Below are positions 25,692 to 39,413 of a DNA stretch of 64,000 nt, piece by piece. The DNA comes from Octopus vulgaris (taxonomy: Eukaryota). The stretch is taken from assembly GCA_951406725.2 (NCBI GenBank), contig OX597815.1, forward strand, positions 34,472,001 to 34,536,000, given 5' to 3'. Within the stretch, counting starts at the first letter, position 1, and every line of letters starts with the position of its first letter. The notes beneath the pieces are model-generated. The model made no database searches and was not told where the DNA came from. It saw only the letters and a program-made list of their open reading frames with translations. The translations under genes were made by a program, and so were the position numbers.

Positions 25692-26109
25692 TGTGTGTGC
25701 GTGCGTACGACGGAGTGCTAATGAAGGAATTATATCAGAATAACAATCGCTTCAACAACAACAACACCATCAACAGCAACAACACCAAAAACAACAACAA
25801 TCAAATGATTAACAAAACGAATCAAATTTAAAACGAAAACAACAAAGAAAACAATAAACTGAAAGCAAAAAAAATAACCATCTTGAAGTGTTTTTGCCAA
25901 GGAATAATTAGAAATAGTTCAATCAATGACAACAGTGATTCGTTTGAGATAAATGACAAGAAAAAGAAAGAGAAGAAGGAAAGGAAAAGAGAAAGGAAAA
26001 AGACAGAAAAAGGGGACGGAATGAAACGCTCTTTTTTTTAATGTTTTTTTGGCTTTTATTTTTACTAAGAACAAAGGAGTTACATTTATATGAAGCGTTA
26101 TATACATGC

Positions 26110-26488
<379 letters not shown>

Positions 26489-26691
26489 GGCCCTTGAAAG
26501 ATAAAATTTGCATAAAGTTTCCGTTATAAAATAGATTTATAGACATTTAATAGGTACATACAAGTGGAAGTCTTTATTATCCGTTAAAACATTAGTAATT
26601 TGTTTCCTTTTGCTAGGAAAATATGAAATTACGTCGCATCTGTAGACATGAAACATCATTTAACTTGTTCTTGTCTCTCCGTTTCCTCTAG

Positions 26692-26866
26692 GCTCCAAAG
26701 AAGTGCATCGTTCAGGTATCAGTGTTCGTTTGTTGGTAGCAGGGGTGGAAATGGAAACATACACAGTCGCTCATCAGGGACCGAAATGAATCGAAGACTT
26801 TCACATAATTATGGGAACAGTGCTTTGCTACAACCTATAGGCTACAAAAGGATTGAAAAATTTTAA
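26692..26866 (+). CDS. Candidate terminal coding exon of an unidentified gene (LQRSASFRYQCSFVGSRGGNGNIHSRSSGTEMNRRLSHNYGNSALLQPIGYKRIEKF*)
   Basis: Branch-like TTTAAC (~26659), polypyrimidine tract CTTGTTCTTGTCTCTCCGTTTCCTCTAG ending at 26691, open frame to TAA at 26864-26866; unique, higher-GC island between microsatellites; no upstream exon identified. Confidence 0.4.
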
Positions 26867-26871
26867 ATGGT

Positions 26872-26930
<59 letters not shown>

Positions 26931-26939
26931 GGGCTGAGA

Positions 26940-27109
<170 letters not shown>

Positions 27110-27326
27110 GTCTGTCTAGACTCGCATACATGTGATTCCAACACTTATTGAATACAATTATAAGAAGCTGTTTGGTGTAATATGTTTTTAAATGCACAAA
27201 AATTATTCATTCACAAAACAATATCGTTAGGGTTCATGAAAATTAGAGTACATTAAGAAATTCACTACAAATTTCGCTTTAATGTTTAGCTTACAAATTA
27301 CCCATTAGAACGTTATATATATTTAG

Positions 27327-27365
<39 letters not shown>

Positions 27366-27399
27366 CTTCCATTTTTTATATAAAAATCATTCAAATTTA

Positions 27400-27565
27400 G
27401 GCACAGGCGTGGCTGTCTTATAAGAAGTTTACTTCCTAACCACATGGTTCTGGGTTCAGTTCTACAGCGAGGCATCTTGGGCAAGTACCTTCTACTATTG
27501 CCTCGGGTTGATCAAAGCCTTTGTGAGTAGATTTGGAAGACTGAAACTGAAAGAAGTTTGTCATA
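27400..27565 (+). mobile_element. CORE-type SINE, 5' half
   Basis: GGCACAGGCGTGGCTG...GGCATCTTGGGCAAGT. Confidence 0.75.
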
Positions 27566-27574
27566 TATATATGT

Positions 27575-27754
27575 GTGGTGCTGAAAAGTTCCTGGTTTTG
27601 GGTAAAAAAAAATGCAGGATGATTAGTTAATTATAGCTTTATTCAACATATTCTTCTCTCAGTTTCGCATAATTACAGCAATCCTTCAGTTTATCCAAGC
27701 CACCAGCCAGGCCTTTCGCGAAACCCTTAAAGCCAGGAACTTTTCAGAACCCCT

Positions 27755-27755
<1 letters not shown>
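27575..27755. mobile_element. Mariner-like MITE
   Basis: TIR GGTGCTGAAAAGTTCCTGGTTT / AAAGCCAGGAACTTTTCAGAACC, in TA context. Confidence 0.7.
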
Positions 27756-27786
<31 letters not shown>

Positions 27787-27869
27787 AAAACACACTAACA
27801 CCGGTTGTCTAGTGTTGGTCGGGAAGAGACACAAAGATATATATACATACATACATACATACATATATG

Positions 27870-28030
27870 TTTATACCTGTAATTATTGGGACCCTGGGAT
27901 ATGTGACACACTGCCTAAATACCAGTCTTGAGAAATAAGGCTTCTCAAAACCAGAAAGGAGAAAATTAATTCGAAGGCTACAGATCCAATCCATCACTGG
28001 AACTCTAAAAATCTGTAAAACTTTGCTTCA
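27870..28030 (+). mobile_element. R4/Dong-like ORF C-terminus fragment
   Basis: FIPVIIGTLGYVTHCL...RRLQIQSITGTLKICKT resembles the REL-clade terminal PVIIGALG...LQ...GT.KI motif. Confidence 0.6.
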
Positions 28031-28423
28031 CATGAATTTAATAGGGCTTTTTCGCCAAAATATTGTTTTGTGGGTAAACAGATTTACAATAAAATTGTCC
28101 ATTTAATACGATGTGCGCCATACGGCTTTCAAGTCTATTTTTCCAAATTTCAGTAATATGTTGTTTCCATACAATTTTGTATATTTTGCACTCATATACT
28201 CTCGTATATGTGTGTGTGTGTGTGTGTGTGAGGGAGGCGGTTTGACTGGTAGATATCATAATACGTAAGAAGTAGATATATAGAATCTTTTGTGGAAATA
28301 CATTTCATTCAAAGGTTGATCAGGGATATTGTTATTTTCACTGGGAATGTAAGGAATGCGATACCTACAGTTTGGCATACAGATGGACTGATACGTGTGA
28401 AATGTAGTGTAATGTCCAGAATC

Positions 28424-28466
<43 letters not shown>

Positions 28467-28632
28467 GTATATATATATATTATCAAATAAACACAATATA
28501 TATTTTTATCAGTTACTAATAGTTTCATGTGATGAAAGCATCTCAGAAAGCATTTTTAACACGTCTGTTGCCTTCATGCAATCCTCAGATCGTGCTCACA
28601 GCCTGAGGAATACATGAAGGCACCAGACGTGT

Positions 28633-28741
<109 letters not shown>

Positions 28742-29048
28742 GTGGAGGCGCAATGGCCTAGTGGTTAGGGCAGCGGACTCGCGGTCGCAGGATCGCGGTT
28801 TCGATTCCCAGACCGAGCGTTGTGAGTGTTTATTGAGCGAAAACACCTAAAAGCTCCACGAGGCTCCGGCAGGGGGTGGTGATCCCTGCTGTACTCTTTC
28901 ACCACTCTTTCTCCCACTCTTTCTTCTGTCGGCCTACTCCCTTAGCCAGCGGGGTGGTGTCATTCGAAGGCTAAAACAATGCGAACGCATTGTGACCAGC
29001 GATGTGTAACTACATCTGATGGTCTGGTCGGTCACGTGATCACGTGAT
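28742..29048 (+). mobile_element. tRNA(Arg)-like-headed SINE, tail variant 2
   Basis: Head matches the 12322 copy; 3' part differs (…GTGACCAGCGATGTGTAACTACATCTGATGGTCTGGTCGGTCACGTGAT). Confidence 0.9.
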
Positions 29049-29319
29049 ATATATATATATATAGGATAAAAGGTCCCAGGAGTACCTTAAAGATTGCTTT
29101 AATGCAAGAAAGTATACTAGTCCCTTAATATTTTATATTCAATATTTCATCTATTCAATAAGACGATCAATACTTCATTTCATTTTACTGTATATAATAT
29201 TTATACTATATATTCTATATTCTACATTAATATTATAAAGAATATATATAAAACATAAAAAACAGAGTTGGAATTCCTTTGAATAATATATATCCCTCTA
29301 TACACAATCATACAAATCC

Positions 29320-29372
<53 letters not shown>

Positions 29373-29402
29373 CATACTTACATGAAACATATATGCATGC
29401 AC

Positions 29403-29435
<33 letters not shown>

Positions 29436-29485
29436 TACACATGTATACATATGTGTATATACTTATAGGTATGTATGTACGTATT

Positions 29486-29524
<39 letters not shown>

Positions 29525-29899
29525 GCTTATATGTACATACTTACATATATGTACATACTTACATGGATATGTATATATACATGTATATATGGGTACAGGA
29601 CGTCATATATGTATATATATATAATATGATGTGATATGATATGATATGTTTTGGTGTTTTACAAATTTAATTGTAACATGATGCAAATCCTTTGTTTGTG
29701 CTATTACTATAGCGAAGAAAGGAAATAATTTCAGTCGATGTAACACCCGCAGCTCTTCACTTGTTTTTCATTTTTCATTTTTGTAGGTTTCTCATGTTTG
29801 TAATGTCCTTCCTTCGATGCAATTTTACCCAATAAAGCCGACATTATTATTATCACTACTAGTATCGTTGTTATTGTCGTTACTGTTATTGTATTTATC

Positions 29900-30207
<308 letters not shown>

Positions 30208-30208
<1 letters not shown>

Positions 30209-30282
30209 TTCCGTCTTTCTGTCTTTGGCTATTTTCTACGGTCGCTTAGAGAGTCATTACCTATGACCTAGGGCAAGAGAAG
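30208..30282 (-). mobile_element. Probable Dong/R4-like 3' UTR stub whose tail is the (TAA)n tract
   Basis: Minus strand TGCCCTAGGTCATAGGTAATGACTC...AAATAATAAT; similar TGCCCTAGG stub at 38230-38365. Confidence 0.45.
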
Positions 30283-30461
30283 GTAAGTGATTAATTAATT
30301 TCAGCTACTTGAATAGTAGGAGCGTCTTTCATTTAACTTTCAGCATTACAATATATCACAAAACACACTAATTATAGAGGTCTGGGGAAATAAATGTTTT
30401 GTATATACGTGATACAAAAGTACAAGTATAACTAGTGCACTGTGAAAAATAAATGAAATAT

Positions 30462-30740
30462 TAAATTGAGAAAATTGATATATAAAATTGAGAAAATATA
30501 TAAAATTGAGATAATAAATATATAATATTCAGAAAATATAAAATTCAGAAAATAAATATATAAAGAATGAGAAAATATATATATATAAAATTGAGAAAAT
30601 ATATAAAATTGAGATAATAAATATATAATATTCAGAAAATAAATATATAAAGAATGAGAAAATATATATAAAAATTTGAGAAAATAAATATATATATAAT
30701 GAGAAAATATATATATAAAATTGAGAAAATAAATATATTA
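30462..30740. repeat. AT-rich ~19-20-bp minisatellite (AAAATTGAGAAAATATAT-like)
   Basis: Repeated TGAGAAAATA / TCAGAAAATA units with a larger duplicated block. Confidence 0.85.
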
Positions 30741-31139
30741 AGTTGTGAAAATACTGATATAAAATTATAACCATAAAATGGTACTAAATATTGATTTATA
30801 AATGTTTATATATAGATACAAAATTCGTAAGTGTAGAGGTGCAAAAATATAATTTAAATTAAGAGGGAAAAGTCAAAAATTTATAGCACGTCACATTTAA
30901 TTTATTCATACTTAGATAAATTAAAAGTACTTTTTATAGTATGCACTCAGTATTAGTTCATTTCTAAAAAAAATGGAGAAATGCATCAAGTTGTTCTTCA
31001 CACTTTCTTTTTTATCATATCTATGTCCCCTGTTGAAATCGAAACTGCGATAAGTTACTACATCATTTCATCTTCGTTTCTACATCTTTGTCTTTCGTTC
31101 ATCCAGGCGGGAGTTAATAAAAAATAAGTATCAGTCTAT

Positions 31140-31549
31140 AGGCGCAGGAGTGGCTGTGTGGTAAGTAGCTTGTTTACCAACCACATGGTTCCGGGTTCAG
31201 TCCCACTGCGTGGCACCTTGGGCAAGTATCTTCTACTATAGCCTCAGGCCGTCCAAAGACTCGTGAGTGGATTTTGGTAGACGGAAACTGAAACAAGCCC
31301 GTCGTATATATGTATATATATATATATATGCGTGTGTGTGTTTGTGTGTCTGTGTTTGTCCCACTAGCATTGCTTGACAACCGATGCTGGTGTGTTTATG
31401 TTCCCGTTACTTAGCGGTTTGCCAAAAGAGACCGATAGAATAAGTACTGGGTTTACAAAAGAATAAGTCCCGGGGTCGAGTTGCTCAATTAAAGGTGGTG
31501 ATCCAGCATGGCCGCAGTCAAATGACTGAAACAAGTAAAAGAGAGAGAG
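31140..31549 (+). mobile_element. CORE-type tRNA SINE, full length, nested in a degenerate Meta SINE
   Basis: tRNA head, GGCACCTTGGGCAAGT CORE-like motif, internal microsatellite, tail; AGTCTA repeated on both sides. Confidence 0.9.
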
Positions 31550-32039
31550 AGTCTAATACTGAGGTGGATGGTATCGACTAAGGCCCTACTTTCAAAATTG
31601 CTAAGTCTTTTTCCTAAATTAGAGGAAGACTGCCTGCAAGCATAAATGGGCCTGCTCTAAGCGTAGAAGGACGCTAGTAGAGAGAAGGCGCCTACCTAAT
31701 GGATAGGGCAATTCAGATGTCGTGACGCTTTTCTCAAGCAGCCCTCGCTAGCGTCTTCCGATTGTAAAATTAAGTCTCTACACTTCATGTCTGTTTTTGT
31801 ATCGCCCCCGTCTCAAAAGAAATCATCATCATCATCGTCATCGTTGTCATCATCATCATCGTCGTCGTCGTCGTCATCATCATCATCGACGTCGTCGTCG
31901 TCGTCATCATCATCATCATCATTTTACTCTCGCTTCTACTCTGGTTGAATATGTGAGGGTGGATAGCAACCTGTTGTCAGAGGTCTCACCGAATCTCTTT
32001 CCGCAAATTATAAGCTTTGGTACCTGGATGTTAACTTAT

Positions 32040-32475
32040 CTTGGAAGACACTCAACAACCGAGCACCAGCCTCAAAATCCTAGCTGACTCCAACAGAGCA
32101 GTCTTTGAGGCCTTCCTCTACCTTCATGCCAATTCCAATTTCTTCGATATGTTTCTCGAACCTGGTTATTAGTTCTCAGAGTGCCCTTACAACTACTGGG
32201 ATAAAATATTGTACTCATTGCCGACATTCTTGCAATTCCGTCTTTTAGTAGGCTGTATTTTTCTAGTTTTTCAAGCTCTTTGTCATTTACGCATGCATTC
32301 CCAGGTACGGTAATATCTATAATCTTAGTTTACTTTTTTTTTTTTTACTCTACCGCATCAATGTCTGGTCTCTGAGCATCGATTAGGGAGTCACAGTGGA
32401 TTGTATATTATATTCATTGTTCTCTGTGACACCTTTTGGTTCGTGTTTGTGCCATTTCTGTGCTCTGCCCAGACT
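32040..32475 (-). mobile_element. R4/Dong-like REL domain and 3' end fragment
   Basis: KWHKHEPKGVTENNE...RPDI...IIDITVPGNACVNDKELEKLEKYSLLKD...ARILRLVL on the minus strand. Confidence 0.7.
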
Positions 32476-33839
32476 GTCATCATCATTATCATCTTCATTG
32501 TTATTATGATCATTACTGAGTGAGAGAGCAGCGCATGCCATCAAAGCGACACAGGGGTACAAATATACGAAGCCCAATATACCCATCATGATTACTAGTA
32601 TGATAAGGGTACACCAGGCAGCTGCATCACAACCATATGTGCGCGATATGGTGATCTTATATCAAGATAACCAGCACATGACCTTGCAGGTGGGGCCTAG
32701 TTGGAGTTTTCTTCAGGTCGAGTAGCCCATCCCGCTGAAAAGATGTTGAACGAAACACCCATGTTTGTAGGGGTGAATTATTCAGATCCCAAAGAATTCC
32801 TCTCAACACATAGCTATGATGCTCCCCTCTACTTCTGCTTGTGATCAGAGATACACACATCGTCAGCCACTAAGGGGCATGCTCAACTGGTTAAGGTCAA
32901 ACAAATGACTAGCAAATTTGTGGTATTGAGCAGAATATTTGCAGCAGTCCATCCTTTTATAGGAAGACAACATGTACATGATAGCACTTTCAATCAGTTA
33001 AGGTCAAAAGCGATGAGAGCAAATGCCTGGTATTGCATCAGGACATGTATTACATCATGGCTGTGTTTGGAAGGAGTGGATGCTTGTTTGTGGTTCGTAA
33101 GTTTTTTTAAAATTTGTTGTTTTATTAGTTGGTATTCTAAATTGTTTTAACTGTTTACAAGATAAGCCAGCGCACTGCAAAGCGAAGCGAGCGGGTTTGG
33201 CGAGAATTTCTCCTTTAAGGGAGAATTTTAAGATTTAAACTGAAAATTTAATATTACGAAACAAAAAATATCAATATGGCTTCCCAAATCGTGGGACCCG
33301 ATGGCTGTTGGAACAGCTATTATGACATTGTTTTCCCACTACTAGCTGATGTGGTCGAGAGACGAAGTACAGATAGCAGCAGCAGCAACAACAACAACAA
33401 CAACAACAGAAGTAGCTGTAGCAGCAACAGAGACAGTAGCAGCAGTAACGAGCGAAATAAAATCTAAAATGACAAAAGCGCAGACCCTACCGCCTCCCCA
33501 CCACCACCGCCACCATTACGACCACCACCACCACCACTAACGACCACCATCACCAACACAAAAGTTAACATCATAAAAACAGTTCTTATTTCTATGCAAA
33601 ATGCGAACGGTTTCACACAAACTTGTAAAATTTAAAATGTTGAGTTGGCAGAAAAAACGTTAAGTGACGCCAAAGCACACTTAAGAAAGAATGGCAGATC
33701 ATTCTTCCTAAACGTGCCAGAGGAAATACAGGAAGACACTGAGAAAAGACCATTATGCACAAATGTATCTCAACAAAGACTAGCAGACTGGAGCGAGCGA
33801 CGCAGGCCCAGATCGAAATATGCTTAAGAACAGCCTGGG

Positions 33840-34220
33840 GGTTAAAAACTTATGTTGTCTGTAGAGACGCTTTGGCACAGTTGAGATAAAATTCCCAGCT
33901 AACGATTAGCTACGAAAGTGCGACGACAATCTTCAAAAGTGAGGAATTATGGATAATTCCTGCATATCTTGGCCAGAGGGTAATCAAAATAAAGGTAGCG
34001 GTGGTGTCACTAGATGTGGACATCACATTACTGGAAGCACCATATAATACGACATAGAGAATAAAACAAGAGTTCTTCAAGTACACAAAATGGGAAAGGA
34101 AAATTGGTCAGGTACTGGTAAGTGATTATAGATAACTCGCCGATCAAATTAGTATTGAAGCCATCCCTGACCTGATCAACCTTCCTAATGATATACAACT
34201 ATTTCTAGCAGTCGAGGGTA
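33840..34220 (+). mobile_element. Possible decayed LINE ORF1 fragment
   Basis: RRFGTVEIKFP...EELWIIPAYLGQRVIKIKV reads as coding with frameshifts; the family is a recollection only. Confidence 0.3.
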
Positions 34221-34316
34221 GACAGCGGGGTGGCGTCGTTTGAAGGATAAAACAATGCGAAGCGCATTGTGACCAGCGATGTGTAGCAACATCTGATAGC
34301 CTGGTCGGTCACGGTG

Positions 34317-34362
<46 letters not shown>

Positions 34363-34364
<2 letters not shown>

Positions 34365-34526
34365 CATGCTTCTTTTAGCTTCCGTCAACCAAATCCACTC
34401 ACAAAGCTTTGGTCGGTCCGAGGCTATAGTAGAAGACACTCGCTCAAGGTGCCATGCAGTGGGACTGAACTCGGAACCATGTGGTTGGTAAGCAAGCTAC
34501 TTACCACACAGCTACTCCTGCGCCTA
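34363..34526 (-). mobile_element. CORE-type SINE, 5' half
   Basis: Reverse-complement match to 31140-31305. Confidence 0.85.
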
Positions 34527-34537
34527 TCGAAATGGAA

Positions 34538-34647
34538 TGCTTACAACAACTAGGTTTCCCAAGCGGAAAGAACTAACTAGGCTTGATGTTGCGTAACTTT
34601 GGTGATCGGATGAGAACCGGTGCTTTCAACGTGATATGGCCGTAAGT
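34538..34647 (-). pseudogene. 5S rRNA pseudogene
   Basis: Minus strand ACTTACGGCCATATCACGTTGAAAGCACCGGTTCTCATCCGATCACCAAAGTTACGCAACATCAAGCCTAGTTAGTTCTT--CCGCTTGGGAAACCTAGTTGTTGTAAGCA matches invertebrate 5S rRNA, with a ~10-nt deletion over box C. Confidence 0.85.
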
Positions 34648-35955
34648 ACAGTTGTAACGCATTAATGGGTCTGTGCACTACGTAGCATGTGCATTACAAT
34701 TTCTGAGACATGGTACTTGACCTCGTAGCCTGAGAGATCCTGGTTTCATGAGATTTTCTTTGGTAACAAATTGGTTAACTTTATTTTTGATGGAATTTCT
34801 TGTTTTGTTTATAGTCGTTCTTTTTACTCCCATTTACACGTAAACACCGTCCGCCATGTTTGTGCTTTGTCTGTTGTACTGTCCTTGTACTGTTCTATTT
34901 TCTTCGAGGCATTTGCGCTAATAAATAAATTTTTAATTATTATTTTTTATGTTGCTACTGATGTTGAAGTTATTGTTGTTGTTTCTTTGTTTTGACGCGA
35001 ACAAAGGTTTGAATTATATCTATGGAAAAAAAATTTTTATTGATTTGTCAACAGGGCAAAATTCGAAATTTTTCAGTGTCCTCCACCTTGTTTGTCTTTT
35101 AGTGGAAAAATAGGCCTTGTTTTATTATATACTTAACAAAAATTCATTTAGCTGTATTCCAGTATGGTTTCTTAACGGTAACAGATAGCAACTGCAAAAA
35201 GGGAAGTAACGTACACGTCCCTTTTCCCACTGTGAATTTCAAGAAAATTTGAAAACAAAATCACAGTTGAATGAAATGAAGTGACAAAATAGAAGGAAAA
35301 AAAATGATGGTTATTAAACTAGCAGAGCACCTACTAACACAAACAGTAACATTGAAAAGTACTCAGAAAATATGATAATCCCAAAAACGAATACATTTGA
35401 ATAAAGAGACTGTGGCATTGTGACGTATAAAAGTTGTGAGGACAAAAAATTTGAACAACATATGAGGTAACAAAACAGCTCAACTGATGTTACAAATCAG
35501 ACAGATATTAAGCATGAGTCTGCTTTTCGAAGAAACAAAAACAAACAAAAACAATATTTGGAGATATATCAACAAAAAATTCTACCTTCTTCTGTCGTGT
35601 ATGTCTTGTATCAAAGTAATAGCTTCTTTTTTCAGTTGAAAGTAACCGTCTGGGTTTTAGGTATTTTGGGGGTATCTTTTCTGTTGCTAATTTGGTATAC
35701 TGATGTCATTTTTCACGTTGAATTTGATTTTGTTACTCACTCGTTCCAGAAAAATTTTAGAAAAATGTTACAGAGGTTTAAAGTCTGATCATTTTTATCC
35801 AATCAGAAAACACTGTTTCAAAAGCTGGCATTTCGTGCGTGATAGCTGTCTAGTACAACAGTACGACGACGACGGAAGTTGTAAGAAGTTTTGAAGTTTT
35901 AATGTTTTAATGAATGAACTAACGTGAAGTGCTGGAACAGAAATGTAAACAATAT

Positions 35956-36141
35956 AGGCGTAGGAGTGGCTGTGTGGTAAGTAGCTTGCTTACGAACCAC
36001 ATGGTTCCGGGTTCAGTCCCACTGCGTGGCAGCATGGGCAAGTGTCTTCTACTATAGCCTCAGGCCGACTAAAGCCTTGTGAGTGGATTTGGTAGACGGA
36101 AACTGAAAGAGACCCGTCGTATATATATGTATGTATGTATG

Positions 36142-36176
<35 letters not shown>

Positions 36177-36395
36177 ATATGTTTGTGTGTCTGTGTTTGT
36201 CCCCTCCCCCTAATATCGCTTGACAACCGATGCCGGTGTGTTTACGTCCCCGTAACTTAGCGGTTCGGCAAAAGAGACCGATAGAATAAGTACTAGGCTT
36301 ACAAAGAATAAGTCCTGGGGTAGATTTGCTCGACTAAAGACAGTGCTCCAGCATGGCCGCAGTCAAATGACTGAAACAAGCAAAAGAGTAAAAGA
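35956..36395 (+). mobile_element. CORE-type tRNA SINE, full length
   Basis: Near-identical to 31140-31549 and 44820-45245. Confidence 0.9.
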
Positions 36396-37679
36396 ATAAT
36401 ATAAAAATGAAGAATCCTCAACGAATTTTTTTGTTTTTGTTTTTGAAAAATTACAAAAAAAAGCTACTGTATGTTATATTACTAGAAAGGTGTAGTTCAG
36501 TTCATGTAAACAAATAATACATATATTTTTAATAGCGAAAATTCAAAAGCGAAAGCAGTGTTCAGACAAATAAGCTTCGAATCACCCGCATCACATAAAC
36601 TCGCAGAGATACGAGTCAACCATGGGACGGTGGATCCCACAACGTCTTTTATCCCCTCGTTTTACACAGGCCCGTGTGCCTTTTTCCGCTTGTGGTTACC
36701 ATCTTTCGAGTTAATAAACTCAACGCTGTGGTTTACTGTTTTCTGTCCAAAATTATAACCATCAATTTCAGGAATGTGAGAGTAAGCCCCCCACCCCACC
36801 CCACTAAATGTCAATGAAAATTGTGGTTCCTGGAAGAACCAACTGATGTATGCATTTCTCTAGTGTGTCGCGATTCTGACACGGAACCGCGTAAAGAAAA
36901 ACATGTCTGGTCTCGTGACATACTCCTTCAAAAACCCACTACTTAGGTTTGCAAGCATCCTTCCTCGGTTGTATTTTCGTATTGAGAAGACTGTTTCGTC
37001 TTTCCTAACGATCTTCCCAGGAACCCCAGTCTGGTATGAGACAGTGATTAGACAACAACCGAAAATATCTGTGTCTCGAAAAACAAATCATTTGAAAATG
37101 ACAACAATGAGGTACCGACGTTCAGAAAATAAGACCCTTGTCAAGTAAAATAGACAGATAAAGACAATAAATGTGGTTGGAATTTTAAGCAGATTGTATT
37201 GTGTCTTGTTACTATGGAAACAGACACCGATATGTCTGTGGCTTTCGACTGACTAAAATTACTGAAATTTTTAAACATTAAAAGCTATTAGACTTTTTAT
37301 TTATCAATTTATTGCAAAATTGAATTTCATTTCCATAATTAGCACACAAACTACATCTTTACACCAAAATCGGAAACAAAGGGAACATAATTAAAAGAAT
37401 TAAAAACTGACAGCAACAAAAACGATCCATTTTTTTTATTTGCTGTATATTTGTAGACATGTTTTATTATGTTTCTGAACGACATTATTTACTGGTGTCC
37501 GAAGAAAAACCCTAAATTCCTTATTTATTCTGATGAAAATAAACCCAAACTTGTTCAGAATGTTTTGTTTTGTATATTCCAGAGTAAAATGTCCTCAGTT
37601 TAGTAATAGTAAAATGTCCAGATTCCCTTAAATATAAAAAGACAAGAAAAATCAATCCTTGAGAGGCTAGCAGACCAAC

Positions 37680-37715
<36 letters not shown>

Positions 37716-37836
37716 CGATGATGATGATGACGATGATGATGATGATGACGATGATGATAATGACGATGATGATGATGACAATGACAACAACAACAGCAGT
37801 AATATCAACAACAAGAAGAACATGAACAACAACAAC

Positions 37837-37888
<52 letters not shown>

Positions 37889-38229
37889 ATAATAATGGAT
37901 GTGAGAGGCTGGATCATGCTAGTTTCATCATAAAGCAAGAATATTTTGCCGAATATGTCCAGTTTGAATGCTTACGTTCTGAGATCAAATCTTTCGAAGA
38001 CTAAATTAGCCCTTCATCCTTTCAGGATCGATAAAATAAGTACCAGTTGAGAACTGGGGTCGATGTAATCGACTAGACCCCGCTATTGTGGAAAGGATTA
38101 TTATTACTACTACTACTACTACTACTATTGCTCTTGTTGTTGTATTCAATTCACGATTTCACATCAAGAATCTTGCAAAACGAATATATAAACGTAAAAA
38201 ATTATTATTATTAATATTATTATTATTAT

Positions 38230-38365
38230 GTTTTTTCCTTCTTTCTTCAAATTTTTTCAAATTTTCTTCCGTGTCTCGCCGAGTGTTTTCCATACACCTA
38301 GGGCAGAGAAGCTCATTGAATCCATTCCCAGATTACACGCGCAAATTCACAGATAAGATATGTAT
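38230..38365 (-). mobile_element. Probable Dong/R4-like 3' stub flanked by (TAA)n on both sides
   Basis: CTTCTCTGCCCTAGG motif shared with 30208-30282; embedded between ATT tracts. Confidence 0.45.
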
Positions 38366-38396
38366 TTAACAATAAATAAATAAATAAATAATAATA

Positions 38397-38470
<74 letters not shown>

Positions 38471-38478
38471 CGTCATCG

Positions 38479-38515
<37 letters not shown>

Positions 38516-38520
38516 TATTA

Positions 38521-38591
<71 letters not shown>

Positions 38592-39413
38592 CATTATTAT
38601 GGCTGTCAGACTGTGAAGTCATACAAGTTGGATCTCCGTAATTTCGACTGGTTGCAGCCCGTTCATTCAAAATCTTATTTAACAAGTATTTTGTTTATAT
38701 TGTCCGGATTGTATTTGTAACATTTTGTGTAACTTCAGGTGTAATAATTGTTTTGCACTTTTACATTTTTCTTTGAAGACAGGATTCTATTCATTTTTCC
38801 CACTTCAAATAATGTCGGATTACGAAAAAATAATATTAATCGACCTCATTGACATCGCACCAAAAGACTGATTATGAACTAAAGAGTGACCGGTCCAAAT
38901 TGAAGACAGTAAAAGACAAAGTCTGTTACAACACCAATTTAAAAGCAAAATCAATACCAACATCAACATCTCCATCACAAGACAACCCATTTTTACAAAC
39001 ACATTCACAACTACAAAAAAAGCACGAAAAGAAAAAGAAACATCCGAAAAGCAAAATGACCAGTGCTCACACTCTCGGGTACACGCTTCTTTCATCAACA
39101 TCACTGTTGTTCACAAGAGCAACATTGAACTGATTGAGGAAGTACTTAATAACAAAACCATTACAAGTGGAGAAGGTTTTGCGGAACTCCTCCAGAAAAC
39201 TCCACCGGACAGGATTTTAATCCTAACAGATACGAATACGCATCTTGATTTGAAAGAGGAATTCCCCCAGGACATTAGAGGGTTTAGTAAGTAACCAAAA
39301 ACACTTCCTAGAAAGACCTTTCCTCACTACCCCCTCGACCAAAACGATGACTGTAGAAACTGTAATTCCTGGAGACCAAGGTACATAACTACATTTTCTT
39401 TCTTCTGGGTTAA

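Noticed and set aside
30250-30290. Small exon with strong donor AAG|GTAAGT
   Set aside because: It lies within a probable retrotransposon 3' stub on the opposite strand, and no supporting reading frame was found
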